A stretch of DNA of 63,918 nucleotides, the filler included, from Guillardia theta CCMP2712 (taxonomy: Eukaryota; Protista; Cryptophyta): assembly GCF_000315625.1 (NCBI RefSeq). It is 7 parts of 6 records of this genome, joined end to end, with 100 filler letters (N's around TTAATTAATTAA, not from the genome) between each part and the next. Parts side by side here need not be neighbours in the genome. Positions count along the whole stretch, not along the records: positions 1 to 20,891 come from NW_005434641.1; 6 more parts are not named here. One strand, written 5' to 3'. Under the pieces are notes generated by a model. It did not search any database. It was given only the letters and a program-made list of their open reading frames with translations, and was not told the origin of the DNA. The position numbers and the translations under genes were made by a program. Positions 1 to 13,439 of the stretch are shown here, piece by piece; positions within the stretch are counted from its first letter, which is position 1; each line of letters opens with the position of its first letter.

Positions 1-450
1 GGAGAGGAGAGGAGCAGAAAGAAGAGGATCCGTACAAGAGAAGAGCTAAACTCTCGAAGGAGTCGGCGAGAGATACAATCATGTCTCCTTGCCTGTAGCA
101 TGTCACGGAAATTGTGTTGTCGACATTGATTGAACCATCATCATCACCACCACCACCACCACCATCACCATCATCATCTCCATCATCATCACCATCATCA
201 TCATCATCATCATCATCAGTTCCATCATCATCTCCATCATCATCTCCATCATCATCATCATCATCATCTCCATCATCATCCCCATCATCATCTCCATCAT
301 CATCTCCATCATCATCTCCATCATCATCTCCATCATCTCCATCATCTCCATCATCTCCATCATCTCCATCATCTCCATCATCTCCATCATCTCCATCATC
401 TCCATCATCTCCATCATCTCCATCATCATCCCCATCATCATCTCCATCAT

Positions 451-482
<32 letters not shown>

Positions 483-795
483 CTTCGTTCTGGTCTTCAC
501 GTGAACGCCCCCCTTGCTTGCTCCCACCCGTCGCAGGCAGTTTGCAAGCTTGTCAGTGGGGCAGCAGCCTCGACACCCCCCAGCATGTCTCATGACGCAC
601 TGAACCTGCTGGGGGGTCAGCAGGAGGAGGGCAAGCGAGGAGAACGAGAACTTGTTCCGCAGCAACAGCGTTGCAGAACTTGAGAGAGTCGACTTGCGAC
701 TCGACCTCGTCCTCTTCCTCCTCCACCTCCACCTCCACCTCCACCTCCACCTCCTGTTGCTCTTCCTGCTGCTGCTGCTCCTGCTGCTCCTGCTG

Positions 796-832
<37 letters not shown>

Positions 833-1413
833 TGCTGCTGCTCCTGCTGCTGCTGCTGCTGCTGCTGCTCCTGCTCCTGCTCCTGCTCTTGCCCCTCCTT
901 CGAAGATGATGGAGCTTGTCTCGGTTTCTGGTCTTCATTGCAGGTACCTCGACCCCTTTCTCTCGCCTGCTTCTCCTTCTCGACCTTGACCAGAGTCGCG
1001 ACAAGCTCGTCGACCGATCTCCATGCTCCTTCCTCCCGCACCCCGACGCCGTGGAGGGCTTCCTCGGCTTGCTTCATGGATCTGCGCAGGCAGTGAGCGG
1101 CTGGAGACGTTCGTCATGCGCTCTACCTCTCCTTCGCGCCATCCCATGAGGATCGAGATGCGATCATGACGGCCATGGCGACCACAAGCAGGACCGAGCA
1201 GTACACCAGTCGCCTCCTTCTCCTCCTCCTGTTGCTGATGCCCTCTTCCTCGTCCTTCTCCCCCTCCCCCTCCCCCTCCCTCCTCCTCCTCCTCCTCCGC
1301 CATATCGTCAGGACCAGTCGGGAAGAAGCCTCAGTAAAACGTTTTTCCGGCAGTCGCATCCTTACCCCCCTCTTCCCCTCCTCCATCTCCGCCTGCTCGC
1401 CCTCCTCCTCCTC

Positions 1414-1455
<42 letters not shown>

Positions 1456-1641
1456 CTCCGAAGGCTTGCGTGAGGTCTTCTGCCCTCCTTCACTCGCCCT
1501 CCTGCCCACTGCTTCCTGCTCCTCCTGCTCCTCCTGCTCCTCCTGCTCCTCCTGCTCCTCCTGCTCCTCCTGCTCCTCCTGCTCCTCCTGCTCCTCCTGC
1601 TCCTCCTGCTCTTTCTCCTCAACGTCGCCCTGGTTCACCAT
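1..1641 (-). CDS. Hypothetical multi-exon membrane-anchored protein with E/Q-rich tracts (3' end uncertain)
   Basis: ORF 1123-1641 has a TM-like segment (LVYCSVLLVVAMAVMIAS) and joins ORF 553-1077 through a GT-AG intron at ~1082-1126. Downstream exons are interrupted by a (CAT)n tract. Confidence 0.4.
136..483. repeat. (CAT)n / (CATCATCTC)n microsatellite, probably intronic
   Basis: Trinucleotide and 9-mer repeats are directly visible. Confidence 0.9.
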
Positions 1642-1668
1642 CCTCTACCGCCCCGATCCTTCAAGGCC

Positions 1669-2583
1669 ATGTCATGGTCTTTAACGAGACGCGCCATCGC
1701 CGTCTGCGCCATCGCCGCCGTGATCGCGTTCCTCTTCAACGCGTTTGGCAAGAACATCCATCGTATGAGCAAGAGGATGGAGGAGGAGGTCAGGAGGGCA
1801 GGGGACCTTGGGCCAGCGATCATCTTCGCCATGGCTCTCGTCACTTCGCTGCCCATCCCCGTCTACAACATCATGCTCATGTTCGCAGGCTACGTCTTCG
1901 GCTTCGGCTCCATCATTCTGGTTACCTTCCTCGGCAGCCTCGCCGGGTCCACCTTGGTCTTCCTCCTCTGCAGGAGATGCTGCTCTCAGGATTTCTTTGC
2001 CCGCTACATCCCCCACAACAGCAGGTGGCGCCCCATGGTCGAGGCCTCGAGCGGCAACGGCTTCAAGATCGTCTGCCTCCTCCGTATCATCCCGTTCCCC
2101 TTCGCCGTCCTCAACATCGCTGCTGCTGCTCTCCCCATCTCCTCCGTCGCCTTCGTGCTGGCTAACGCGCTCACCATCCCCTTCAAGCAGGTGGGGTTTG
2201 CTTGCCCTGCTCCTCCTCCCTCTGTCCTGTCCCCTCCTGTCCTTTCCTGTCCTGTCCTATCTCAGGGGTCCCCAACTCCCTCCACTGCCTCCTGCTCCTG
2301 CTACTCTTGCTCCTCACTGTCAAGCTTGCAGGTGATCTACATCTACATCGGAAGCAGCTGCAGCAATCTCATCGAGGTTCTGGGCAAGGGCAACTCCACT
2401 AGCAGCCTGAGCTCCAGGCTAGTGCAGCAGTTTGACCTGACCAGCGCCGCTCGACTCCTCATGGTCCTCACCATTTTCGTCGCTGCCTCTCTGTACGGCC
2501 GCAAACACCTGAAGAAGATGTACCAGACCTCTCAACACCCGCATGCTGGGCACGACCTGAGGAATGAGAAGGAACTGAGCTGA
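1669..2583 (+). CDS. TVP38/TMEM64 (SNARE-associated, VTT/DedA domain) membrane protein, 2 exons
   Basis: Motifs LPIPVYNIMLMFAGYVFGF, GSLAGSTLVFLLCR, LLRIIPFPFAVLN and IYIYIGS. A 141-nt in-frame GT-AG intron lies at 2191-2331. Confidence 0.88.
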   Translation: MSWSLTRRAIAVCAIAAVIAFLFNAFGKNIHRMSKRMEEEVRRAGDLGPAIIFAMALVTSLPIPVYNIMLMFAGYVFGFGSIILVTFLGSLAGSTLVFLLCRRCCSQDFFARYIPHNSRWRPMVEASSGNGFKIVCLLRIIPFPFAVLNIAAAALPISSVAFVLANALTIPFKQVGFACPAPPPSVLSPPVLSCPVLSQGSPTPSTASCSCYSCSSLSSLQVIYIYIGSSCSNLIEVLGKGNSTSSLSSRLVQQFDLTSAARLLMVLTIFVAASLYGRKHLKKMYQTSQHPHAGHDLRNEKELS

Positions 2584-2665
2584 TAGCTGGAGATATCCTG
2601 CGGTGACGCCCCTGGTACCCTCCTTCCTCCTTCCCTCCCTCCCCTTGCTCATGAACATTTGAATG

Positions 2666-3633
2666 TCAACGACTGAGACGTTTATGAACGTCTGAGCTCC
2701 TAGAAGACTCCTTCACGTCCTTCTCCCCGTCATCCCCTCCCCGCCTCTCCTTCCCTCCTCTCCCTCCTGCTAGTCCTCCTCTCTCCCCCTCCCTCCCCTC
2801 CTCCTGCGGCAAAACTTGCTGAGCCCGGAAGTATCGGAATGCGAGCCCAGCTATGCTCGACCTGGTCCAGGAGAAGATCGACCGGCCTAGCACACATCTG
2901 CGAGAAATGAGAACTGACATGAGGAGGAGGAGGAGGAGGAGGAGGAGGAGGAAAGGTCAGGGTGAGGATGCAGGTAGCCGAGGAGGGGCGAGGAGGAGGA
3001 AGGAGGGCAGCGGAGAAGGGAAGGAGACAGAAGGAGCAGAGGATGGATAGGATACTGCGAGAGCAGCTGCTACCTGCAAGAACTCCTCCGACAAGGGCCA
3101 CACGTCTCTCAGATAACGTTGGAACGCAAGAGTCTTCAACGAGCCTTGCAGCTGATCACACAGTGAGGAGACAAAGAGAGAGGAGGGACGAAGGAGGAAG
3201 AAGACAGCAGGAGAGAATGGAAGGGGAGGTGGAAAGTTGGGGGAGGAGGCAAAGGAGGAGGAAATGAAGGGAGAGGAGGCGGAGGAAGAGAAGCGAGCAG
3301 AGGAGGTAGGGGGATATGGAGAACAAGGAGGAAGGAGGGAGAAGAGGGTGCAGGAGGGAGGAGGGCAGGATTCGGTTGAGCAAGTCAGCCAGCCATCTCA
3401 TGCTCACCTGCACGCTTCTGACCATGGACCCGCTCACCTCAGCTGGGAACGAGCTCGGGGCGCAGAAGGGAGCGAGCCGGTCAAAGATCTCTAGGATGCT
3501 CTCCCTCTCTGGAGGAAGGAAACTCCTCTGCTCCGACTTGCTGGTAACGTCAGCTACCAGACCGTCTGCGCTCTCCCCTCCCCTCCTGCTCAGCCCAATA
3601 ACGACATCCTGGCAGGTTTGTTCGTTAGAGGAA

Positions 3634-3669
<36 letters not shown>

Positions 3670-6658
3670 AAGGTAGAGAAGCAGGAGCTGGAGCAGCAGC
3701 AGCAGCAGCACGGGAGGTACTTGTCGCACCTGGACGAGCAGCAGGCCGAACTTGCGCTCGAGGGTCTCGATGACGTGAAGAAAGATAGAGTCGAGAGAAT
3801 CTGCGAGAAGCAATCAGCAGAGCGAAGAGTGAGGGAAAGAGGAAGGAGGAGGAGGGGGAGAGGAAGGAGGAGGAGGGAGAGAGGAAACAGGAGGAGGGAG
3901 AGAGGGAGGAGGAGGAGGGGGAAGGAACAGAGGGGGAGGGAGAGTGAGGGAGAGAGGGGGAGTGAGAAAGGGAGGAGAAGAAAGGAGGGGATGCGAACAG
4001 GAGAGGGAGAACAAGGAGAGGACAAAAGGGAGGAGGAGGAGCGGGGGGAGATGGGGAGGTGGAGGGGTTAAGGGATTACAGCATCTGCTATGGAGGATCT
4101 CGTTGACTTGATCGTCGCCGTTGAGGAGCGAATCATGAGCAACGCTCGTCCACAACTCGATCGCCCGGGGGGTCGGGAAAGTCTGCAGCCCCTCCACGTC
4201 ATCAACACGGTCGAGGAGGTTGAGGATGCTTGTTGGAGACGATCTCTTAGCAAGCAGGTGTGACGTTAGCATCGCTCTCTTCTCCTGCCAGCTCTGTCAT
4301 GTCCTCCCATGCACCACATAAGGAGCAGGAGCGTGCTCGCACCTCGGCATGCAGCGGGGGCATCGCGCCGATCCGCATCCTCCCCGTCCTCGCAATCCGC
4401 AGAGCAGCCGCGTACACATGCTCCTGCAGATGCTCGACAAAGAGCTGCTCCGGCATGTGCATCAGTGCGTTCCTCCTCACCCTGCCCCTCGTCTGCTCCT
4501 CCTCCACAGTATCTGCGTCCTCGGTGGAGAACCTCTCGGCCCAGAGGAAGCTCAGCTGCTCGTCGGGACCAGGAGGGTCACTGGAGATGAAGAGAAGGAT
4601 CCTCCTCCACAGTCCCTCCCTCTCCTCCTTGCTGAGCGATCGCATGTGCTCCTCGATGGCTGAGCACAGGTGGATGCACTCGTTGAACCTCAACCCGTCG
4701 AGCACCAGCACAACCTTCCTCCTCCTCTCCGCAATGATCTGCTGCATCGTGCCCAGTAACTTTGCAAACACTTGAGCATCCGACGGCTGCCTGCCCCCGA
4801 ACGCCCTGCAGCTCCCAAGGCCCTGGACTGAAAGCTCGACCGTGAGAGTTTTGAGATACGTCATATAGGTCTGTCCATGCTGCCTGTGCCAGTCCACACA
4901 TACCGGCAACCAGTCCATCCCTCCCCTTACTCCTCGCTCCTCCCCTCCCTCATCCTCCCCCCTCCTCTCCTCCTGTCCCTCATCCTCCCCCCTCCTCTCC
5001 TCCTGTCCCTCCTCCTCCCCCAACCTCTCCTCCTCCTCTTCCTCTCCCTTTCCGCTGCCAACGGGGGAAAGCCCATCATAGATATCAACCCTTGACTTCT
5101 GAACTCTCATCCCCTCCATCCCGGGTGCATCGCCGCCGGCCAGGGGCCCAGCTGCAGGAGCGCGTCCGGCGTCACCCCGAGCTGGAAAGGAGCTGTGGGA
5201 GGTGAAGATATGACCGGACTTGAACTCCCGAGCCAACTGAGCGAGCAGGGAGGATTTCCCAGCTCCCGCCTGCCCCAGCACAAGGTTGACGTAAGAGTGC
5301 CGGTATGAGGAGTCTCCCATGCTGAAGAGCCGAGCTGTCTCCAGGAGACCCTCCAGGAGCGTCACGACCGAGGGTCCTGCAGCACATCAGATGGCACATG
5401 GCAAGGGGATCAAACTCGCCTTTTCCTCCCTCCCGGTCGTCTAGAGCTGACGGCACGTAGGGAGCTCGGAAGCGCTGGAGCAGCCTGCCAGTCTCCTCCT
5501 CCTGCATGCGCCGATGGAGCAGCCACTCGCGCAGGAACAGGTCGGGAAACACCTCCTCCCTCGCCATCAGCATCCCCTTCCTCACCAGCTGCTCCTGCAC
5601 GTCAGCCAGCAGGCAGACGCCGATCTCCCTCATCTGCTCCTCCCGCGCTCGCGCGAAGGATTGGATGTCCCGCTCTTGCTTCAGGTTTCCCACAAGGAGC
5701 TCGACGCCGCTGGGAGGCGCCGGCAGCTTCGCTTTCGAAAACTCTTTCGCAGCAGAGGAGAAGAGCTGGTCAAAGAGGAGGACGGCGGCGGTGAGAGCAG
5801 GGCGATCGGAGTTGGCGGCAAGGGAGGAGAGGTAGCGAGAGAGAGCGTCCGGGTCCAGAAGGACTTCGGACGCGTCAGCCAGGAAGTCTCGTCGGACAGT
5901 TTTGAAAACTTTGACCGCAAACTCGCGCGAGTAGACGTCGGGGATCAGCCCGACCAGCTCCAGGTTTGACAAGCACTCCTCCATGCTGCACTGCCTGTCG
6001 GAGCTCTGCTGGGCCTCCTCCCAGCTGCTGCCGACCTGGCGGTCCCTTCCTACCCTCTTCCGGATCTCGAGGGTGTGGAAGGCCTTAGGGTTGGCGTGCA
6101 GCACGTAGTCAGCAGAGTAGCGACTGAGAAACTGCTCGACCAGCTGCTCCTGCGGCAGCTGGCCGAGAGCTTCCTCGTCCAACGGGGGCCGAGACGGAGC
6201 GAGGACGGTAGGATGCAAGTCCATCCAGCTCTTCAGCCACATGCTCCCATGGCCACTCTCGATCAAGGAGTGCAAGGGAAGCTTCTCCTGCAGGACGCGC
6301 ACCGGCCTTCCTCGTCCCTTGTCCCTCCCCTGCCTCTTCTCCAACTCGGGCATTGCGATGAGCTCGACGGTGACTTGCTCCGCGTCCTCCGCGTCCAGCC
6401 ATCGCCTCCTCCCAGTCTCCTGGTCCAGCATCGTGACCCGCGCCCTTCCGTCATGGTGGACAGCTACGTCCACTGCCTCCTCCACGGCTCCCCGAGCTGT
6501 CAACCACACGACCTCCTCCGCATGCTCTGGGAGCTTCACCACTGGATCGCCCTGGGGCGAAGAGGACGCGCTCTCTTCCATCGGCCATTCGCCGATCAAA
6601 GTCTGACCGAGGAAGACTCTGCAAGAGAAGCTGCCATGGTGTATGACCTTTACCCCTT

Positions 6659-6728
<70 letters not shown>

Positions 6729-9700
6729 GCAGAAAGCCTGGCTGGGCACGAGGGTGAAGGAAGTCACCAACTCGTCGCTGGAGCCGAAGCCAGGGTCATA
6801 GACCTTGAGGCGGAGACGATCACTCCAGCCCCCGTGACTGTGTAGGAGCTGATGCCTGAGATGCCCGTGACTGCTGACGGACTGACACAACTTCCCGACC
6901 CTCCCGCTGTCTCCCTCCAGCACCATCGAGTCGTCGAAGATCTTCTTGACGGACTCCGGGATGTTCGGGCTAGCAAGGAAGTTGTCGTCCCTTACGAACA
7001 CTCTAGTCTGCTGCTTCCTCCTCATCGCCGCTGCCTCGTAGTGGGACTGCCCGACCCCGAAGGAGAGTTGCAGGTGCTGGAGGTTGTGGAGCGAGATCAG
7101 ATGCTGGCAGATGTTTCTGACGTCAGCAGACTGAGCGCTTCCGGTCGACGTCAGACGGGCTCCATGTGCATTCTTGTCTTTTCCTTCCCTTGCCACGTCA
7201 CCCATCAAGGTATCAAACACCTGGAAAGAGGAGGATCACTCGATCTTGCGCTAGAGAACATGCAGCAAGCACTTCAAGTACCTCCAGAACTCCCTCAGAG
7301 TCCTCATAGCTGCTCAACGAATCGTTCAGAGACGATCTCAGTGCCGTTAAGTCTGATGGCGACTGCAGCGTGTGGAGTTTCAACTTTGCCTTGCACAACA
7401 GCCCCTCTCTCATCATCATCCGCCTCGCCTCCTGCAACCTGCTCGTCCAGCCCAAGTTGTTCTTGAGGTCGGCGAGGCAACTGATAGCATCTCTCAACAC
7501 CTGAGCACGCAGGGTTTCTTGTGCATCCTCGTCAACTACTTTCCTTATCTTCATCTTGTCTCTTCTTCCCTCCTGTCTCCACTGACCTCTCTCCTCCCGA
7601 CAGCAGTTCACAAGGTCCTCAACGTTCAGCAAGTTGTCCAACAGTAGGGCAACTCGGCGATCGAGCGAACTTTCAACCTGCTGTGTCGTCTCATGAATCT
7701 TCATGGCTGTAGTCTGAACTCTGTCAAAGAGATCGGGCGATTTGTCGCAGCTGTCGAAACTTTTCAGCAGCAACTTAACGTCGTCAGCGCATTCTTCTAG
7801 CAGCTCTGCCTGCTCTCCGTGCCCTGACTGCGCCATTGTCGCTCGTCCTGCGCCGATCACAACCACGATGCTCTCGAGCCGATTCCTCAGCTTCCCAAAG
7901 TTTGTCTGCAAGCATCGTGCACCGAGCAAGTGATCGAGTACAGAGACAGACGAAGTGCCTCCTCCTCCTCCTCCTCCTCCACGAGCACTGCTGCTCTCTT
8001 CAGCCAACCGGCAGACGCTCTCTTCCAGCTGAAGGATCTGCTGGAGACTGACATCCGGGTTGCCATCCGAGAAAGACCTCAAGGATTGTGACAAATCCCG
8101 CACATGCGCTGCATCCCCAGCATCTTCGAGGATGTCGGTCAACACGAGGAGCTTGTCAAGAGCTCGTCGCACGACGTCGGTCCTCCCGTCGGAGTACTCC
8201 ATCATCAACCTGCCTCACATCTCCGTCACCTCCTCCTCCAACGTCTCGCAGCGCAGAACCTGGCGAGCGGGACGGCAGCCCCTTCACTCCTCCCTTGCAA
8301 GAACTCCAGCAGCGTGTCGGGGAGCAGCCCTCTTGAAACCAGCTGCCGCATTCCCTTCCCAGCGATGGGGACGGCGACAGACGAGCGGTTGCCCAGGAGG
8401 AGGAGGAGGATTCTTTCAGCAGCAAGGCCCCTGGAGTCCAGCATCGCATCCTCGTCGATAATCCTTCTCAGTGCTCCCATACCCTTCTCCACCATGACCT
8501 CAAGTTTCTGCGACGACTGCGCAGCTGGCAGGTTGATCAGCTCGAACTGCAGGGAGACGCCCAGGCTGTCGAGGCCCCTCCGGAGGGCAGGGATGGCATG
8601 GCGGCAGAGGTACTCCCGCTACGAGGAGACGATGAGAGGAGAGACAGGAGGAGAAGGGGGAAAGGGAGGGAGAGGAGGAGGAGGGAGAGCAGGGAGAGGA
8701 GGAGGAGGAGGCGAAGGTGTACCTCAGCTGAGAAATCCTCCTCTGTGCTGACACATCGGAGCAGCACAGCTGGAAACAAGCCAGGGGGAGACTAGGGGAG
8801 CGAGTCAGGGGGCGACAGGAGCAAGAGGAGAGTCGTCGTACCCTCTGGGGTTGGCCGGAGGAGGAGGAAACGTGGTAGGTTCTTCTCAGCAGCTCCAGTA
8901 CATCATCAGGCAGTGGGATCGAAGAGTCTCCCCAGCACATGGCCATCAGCCTGCTGAGGTGCTTCATCGACCTCTCTGCTACCTCTAGGCTGTCCAGCTC
9001 GGCGCCTGGCAGCGCCGTCCCCTCCTCGCTCCACGGCTCGATGCTCCTTCCCCTTGGATTGCAGGCACGTCAGTCACGGTAGGGGAGGAGGAGGGGAGTA
9101 CCGCAACAGCGCTGGGAACGGAGACGCTTTTAGGACAAATGTCTGCAACCCAGGTCCAACCCTCCTCTCCTCCTCATGGCAAACTTGGAGGGCAGGGCAG
9201 GGGGTCTTGGTCACGGCCTCCAGGAGGGCCGTTAGCTTGCTCGCCACAGCAGAGCCGAAAGGCTGATGGCGGGTGTAGTTGATGGTGATGAACATGGGAG
9301 GAGGAGTATCTCTCGTGAACTCAGCAACTCTACACCCCACAAGCTTGAGAGGGCTCGAGCTCAGGTCACGATCTTGCGCAAACACCTCCTGCTGCAGCCG
9401 TGCGATCAGAGACGATGGGGCCTCGAGCACTGAGGAGACTTGGAGGATGAAAGCAACCGCTTCCTTGCTCTCTTCGTACTCCACAACCACCACCTGAGCA
9501 CCCACAGACCGCGAAAGCTCCTCCATACCTCTGTCTACCTCATCCCGCATGCTGGGGCTCGCGCTCACCGCTTCAGCATGCGCGTTTCTACGGAGCCTCA
9601 CGAAGCAGAACAGCGGGGGCTGACAGAAGCTCTGCACGTGTTTGTCTAGAGAGGCTCCGTCTGCCGCCTCTTCCGTCGGACCTCGCACAACGTCTTCATC

Positions 9701-10941
9701 CCCGTACTCCAATCTCGGCGACAAGACCCGAGCCATGTGCGGGAACTTAGGGTGGAAATCCGAGCCAGGCGCCATGGCGCCATGGATGCGTTGGTACCTC
9801 CTCACCTGCTCAGCCTCCTTGTCTGTCTGACCCTCTGCCTGCTTCGGCTTCGGCTTCGGCTTCAACACGTCCTTGCTCCGTCTTTCCACCGCCCCCCTGC
9901 TGCTTCGGAGGTTGGCGCCGATTTCGAGCCCCTGGACCGCACGGCGGAGCGCGATACAGATGCTGGACAAGATGTCTTGCGTCCTCGAGAACTTCTGGGT
10001 GAGCAGCTTCGAGGAGACCAGGATGAGCGGGCAGCCCTCCCAGGGTCTCAGCCAAACCTCGAAAGCACCTGCGCCACCATTCATAGTCAGCAAACCGCCA
10101 TGGCGATCGAGTCATCGGACCCAGCCGCGGGAAGTGCCTGTTGGCAGATGAGTGAAGGATGCCAGTGTCGAGGAAGGACCCCAAGGTCGTTGAAGTCCCT
10201 GCCCCCCAGGACGTCCTCCTTGGCTTCCTCCCGCCCTCCTCCTTCTTAACTCTCCCACCATGCAGGTAGCCTGAAGGCTCTTTCCGTCCTGCCTCGCTGC
10301 CCTCCTGAGCGTCCCCTCCAGCTTTCCCCTTGCTGACAGCAAACTCGAGCTGCCTCACGGAGTCTACATCGAAGGGTCCGTCCCTCAGCAACTCCTCACA
10401 CGCCTGGTTGCACTCTACAACAACTCGCTCGGGGGGGAACAGGTCTTGGTTACTGATCGCTGATTGCAGCGCAAGAAACCTCGACGCGTACTCGTCACGA
10501 GATCCTCGTAGGGAGCCTCCTGCTCAGACACAACTCAGAGAGATCGCCGCACGAGGAACGGGCAAGCACAGGGAACCGCTCATACCTTCAAACGGTTTCT
10601 TGTCATGGGGTTTCGGGATGTAAGAATCAGTCCTCTTTGCCACACAGTACTCCACGAAGACTTGGATGGTGATGAAGTGCATGATGAGGAAGGAAGTACT
10701 CGCGGCCCTCTACTTGGAAGTACCGTCCATCCTCCTGCCAGCCAGGTGGTGCCCGTTGCTCAGCGTTCCCGCTACCTCGTCGTCTGCCCGCAATTCTTCT
10801 CCTCTCACACTACAGCTCTCTATGACTTCTCTCCTCCTCCTTTGATACTGATCGTTTCATCGTCCTCTCCTCCTCCTCCTCCTCCTCCTCCTCCTCTCCT
10901 CCTCCTCGCCATAGTTTCGCATTTCCCCCCACTCGAGCCAT
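2666..10941 (-). CDS. Large multi-exon protein with a C-terminal STAND/NACHT-like P-loop NTPase domain
   Basis: Successive minus-strand ORFs (9074-10093, 8226-8495, 7213-8208, 5172-7220, 4247-5365, 3814-4272, 2666-2920) are separated by short introns. Walker A VLGQAGAGKS and Walker B VVLVLDGL are present. The start and single-gene status are uncertain. Confidence 0.6.
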
Positions 10942-11098
10942 GCTGCATTCCAATCTTGGATTAGGTGAAGAGGCGGGGTGGAGGTAGTCTGTTTCACGTA
11001 TTAGTACTGGTCATTTACATTTAATTTGAAGGGGTACTAAATGTGAAATTTCAAACTAAGGGTGGGGTGGTCAGTGGCCACAAACTCTTCCGTTGAAA

Positions 11099-11876
<778 letters not shown>

Positions 11877-12043
11877 CAAGACATGTCGACGTGAAGGTGG
11901 ACAACAGCCCTGACGTCCTAGACACAGTCGAAACATAGGAGAAGAGCAGCAGCTACGGGGCAGGAGGAGGAGGAGGATAAGTGAAGCTTGTCAAGAAGGT
12001 GGCTGTACATGTTTGTGGTCTAGCATACATCACAACTGCTCTC

Positions 12044-13192
12044 CTACTGCAACAATCGGTTCTGCTCGAGGTTCCAGCCAGCCTCGTTCAGTCTCCCTCT
12101 GATATACTCTATCCTCTCCTCCCATGTCTGCAGGCGGGCCCAGCGAAAGTAGGGGATGGAGAGTACATGGTACCCCTCCCGTGAAAGTAGCCTGTGAGAC
12201 TATGAGCAAGGAAAGGGATAGAGGAGCAGAGGGAGGGGCAGGGGCAAGGGGAGGAGTAGCAGAGGTAGGGGGAGGGGTAGAGGGAGGAGGGGTAGGGGGA
12301 GGAGGAGAAGGAGGGAGGGGCAGGGGCAAGGAGAGGAGGGCAGGAGGGAGGGCGAGGGGCAAGGAGAGGAGGGCGAGGAGGGNNNNNNNNNNNNNNNNNN
12401 NNNNNNNNNNNNNNNNNNNNNNNNNNNNNNNNNNNNNNNNNNNNNNNNNNNNNNNNNNNNNNNNNNNNNNNNNNNNNNNNNNGAGAAGAGAAGAGAAGAG
12501 AGGTTGGAGAAAGGAGTGGAAGAGCAAAAGAGAATTCAGCAAACGAAGAGCAGGAGGCGATGGTGAAGGAGGACAAGGGTAAACATGTGAGGAAGGAAAG
12601 GAACAAGATCCAAGGTGCTGGAGAGGCAAGGAGGGCAAGCAGGAGAACAAGGAAGGGGAGGGAGTGGGAAGAAAAGCAGCAGCAGCAGCAGCAGCAGCAG
12701 GTAGAGGAGATGTATGAGCAGAGCGCAGGAGCAAACAAACATTCTCTCACCCACGACAATGTCGATGTGGTAGACTCCCTCCCAGAACTTAACCTCGTTG
12801 AAGATCGGCACGTTAAGGCGCTTGAACGTCTCAGAGACTTGAAGGTGAAAGTCAGAGGAGACGGGAGTCTCGATGTTGGCGTGAAGGTTCTTGAGAGCCT
12901 CTAGGACCTGTTGAGCGAGCAAGGGGAGATCAGATGCAGACGCATGCCTGGAGGAAGAGGGAAAGGGAGGAGGGGGAAGAGGACGAGCAGGGGGAATAAG
13001 TCAAGGAGGGCAAGTAGAGACCCGGAGGGAGAAGCCTGTCCTTCGCTCGTCGTGGTTGAACGTCGCCAGGATGACCTGAAGGGTCAAGTCAGTTGACGTG
13101 CTGGAGACTAGCAGCTCCCTGCCTGCCCAAGTTGCCGAAGCTCCTCGATGGAGAACTCCTCCTGCCGTGATGGATGATAAGCAGGAGAGGGA

Positions 13193-13261
<69 letters not shown>

Positions 13262-13396
13262 GGGGCAGTGAGAGTACCAGACGAGCTTCCGACGCTTTCA
13301 TAAGAGCTTGCAGGAGTCTGCAGGAAAGGTGATGAGAAGAATAAACTAAAGAGGAGATGGTTGAAAAAGGAGACAACAAAGGAAGGGAGGACGTGG

Positions 13397-13439
<43 letters not shown>

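Noticed and set aside
103-1096. Poly-M, poly-H, poly-L and poly-C ORFs (likewise 13521-14567, 19065-19387, 46893-47655)
   Set aside because: These are translations of stop-free microsatellites in non-coding frames.
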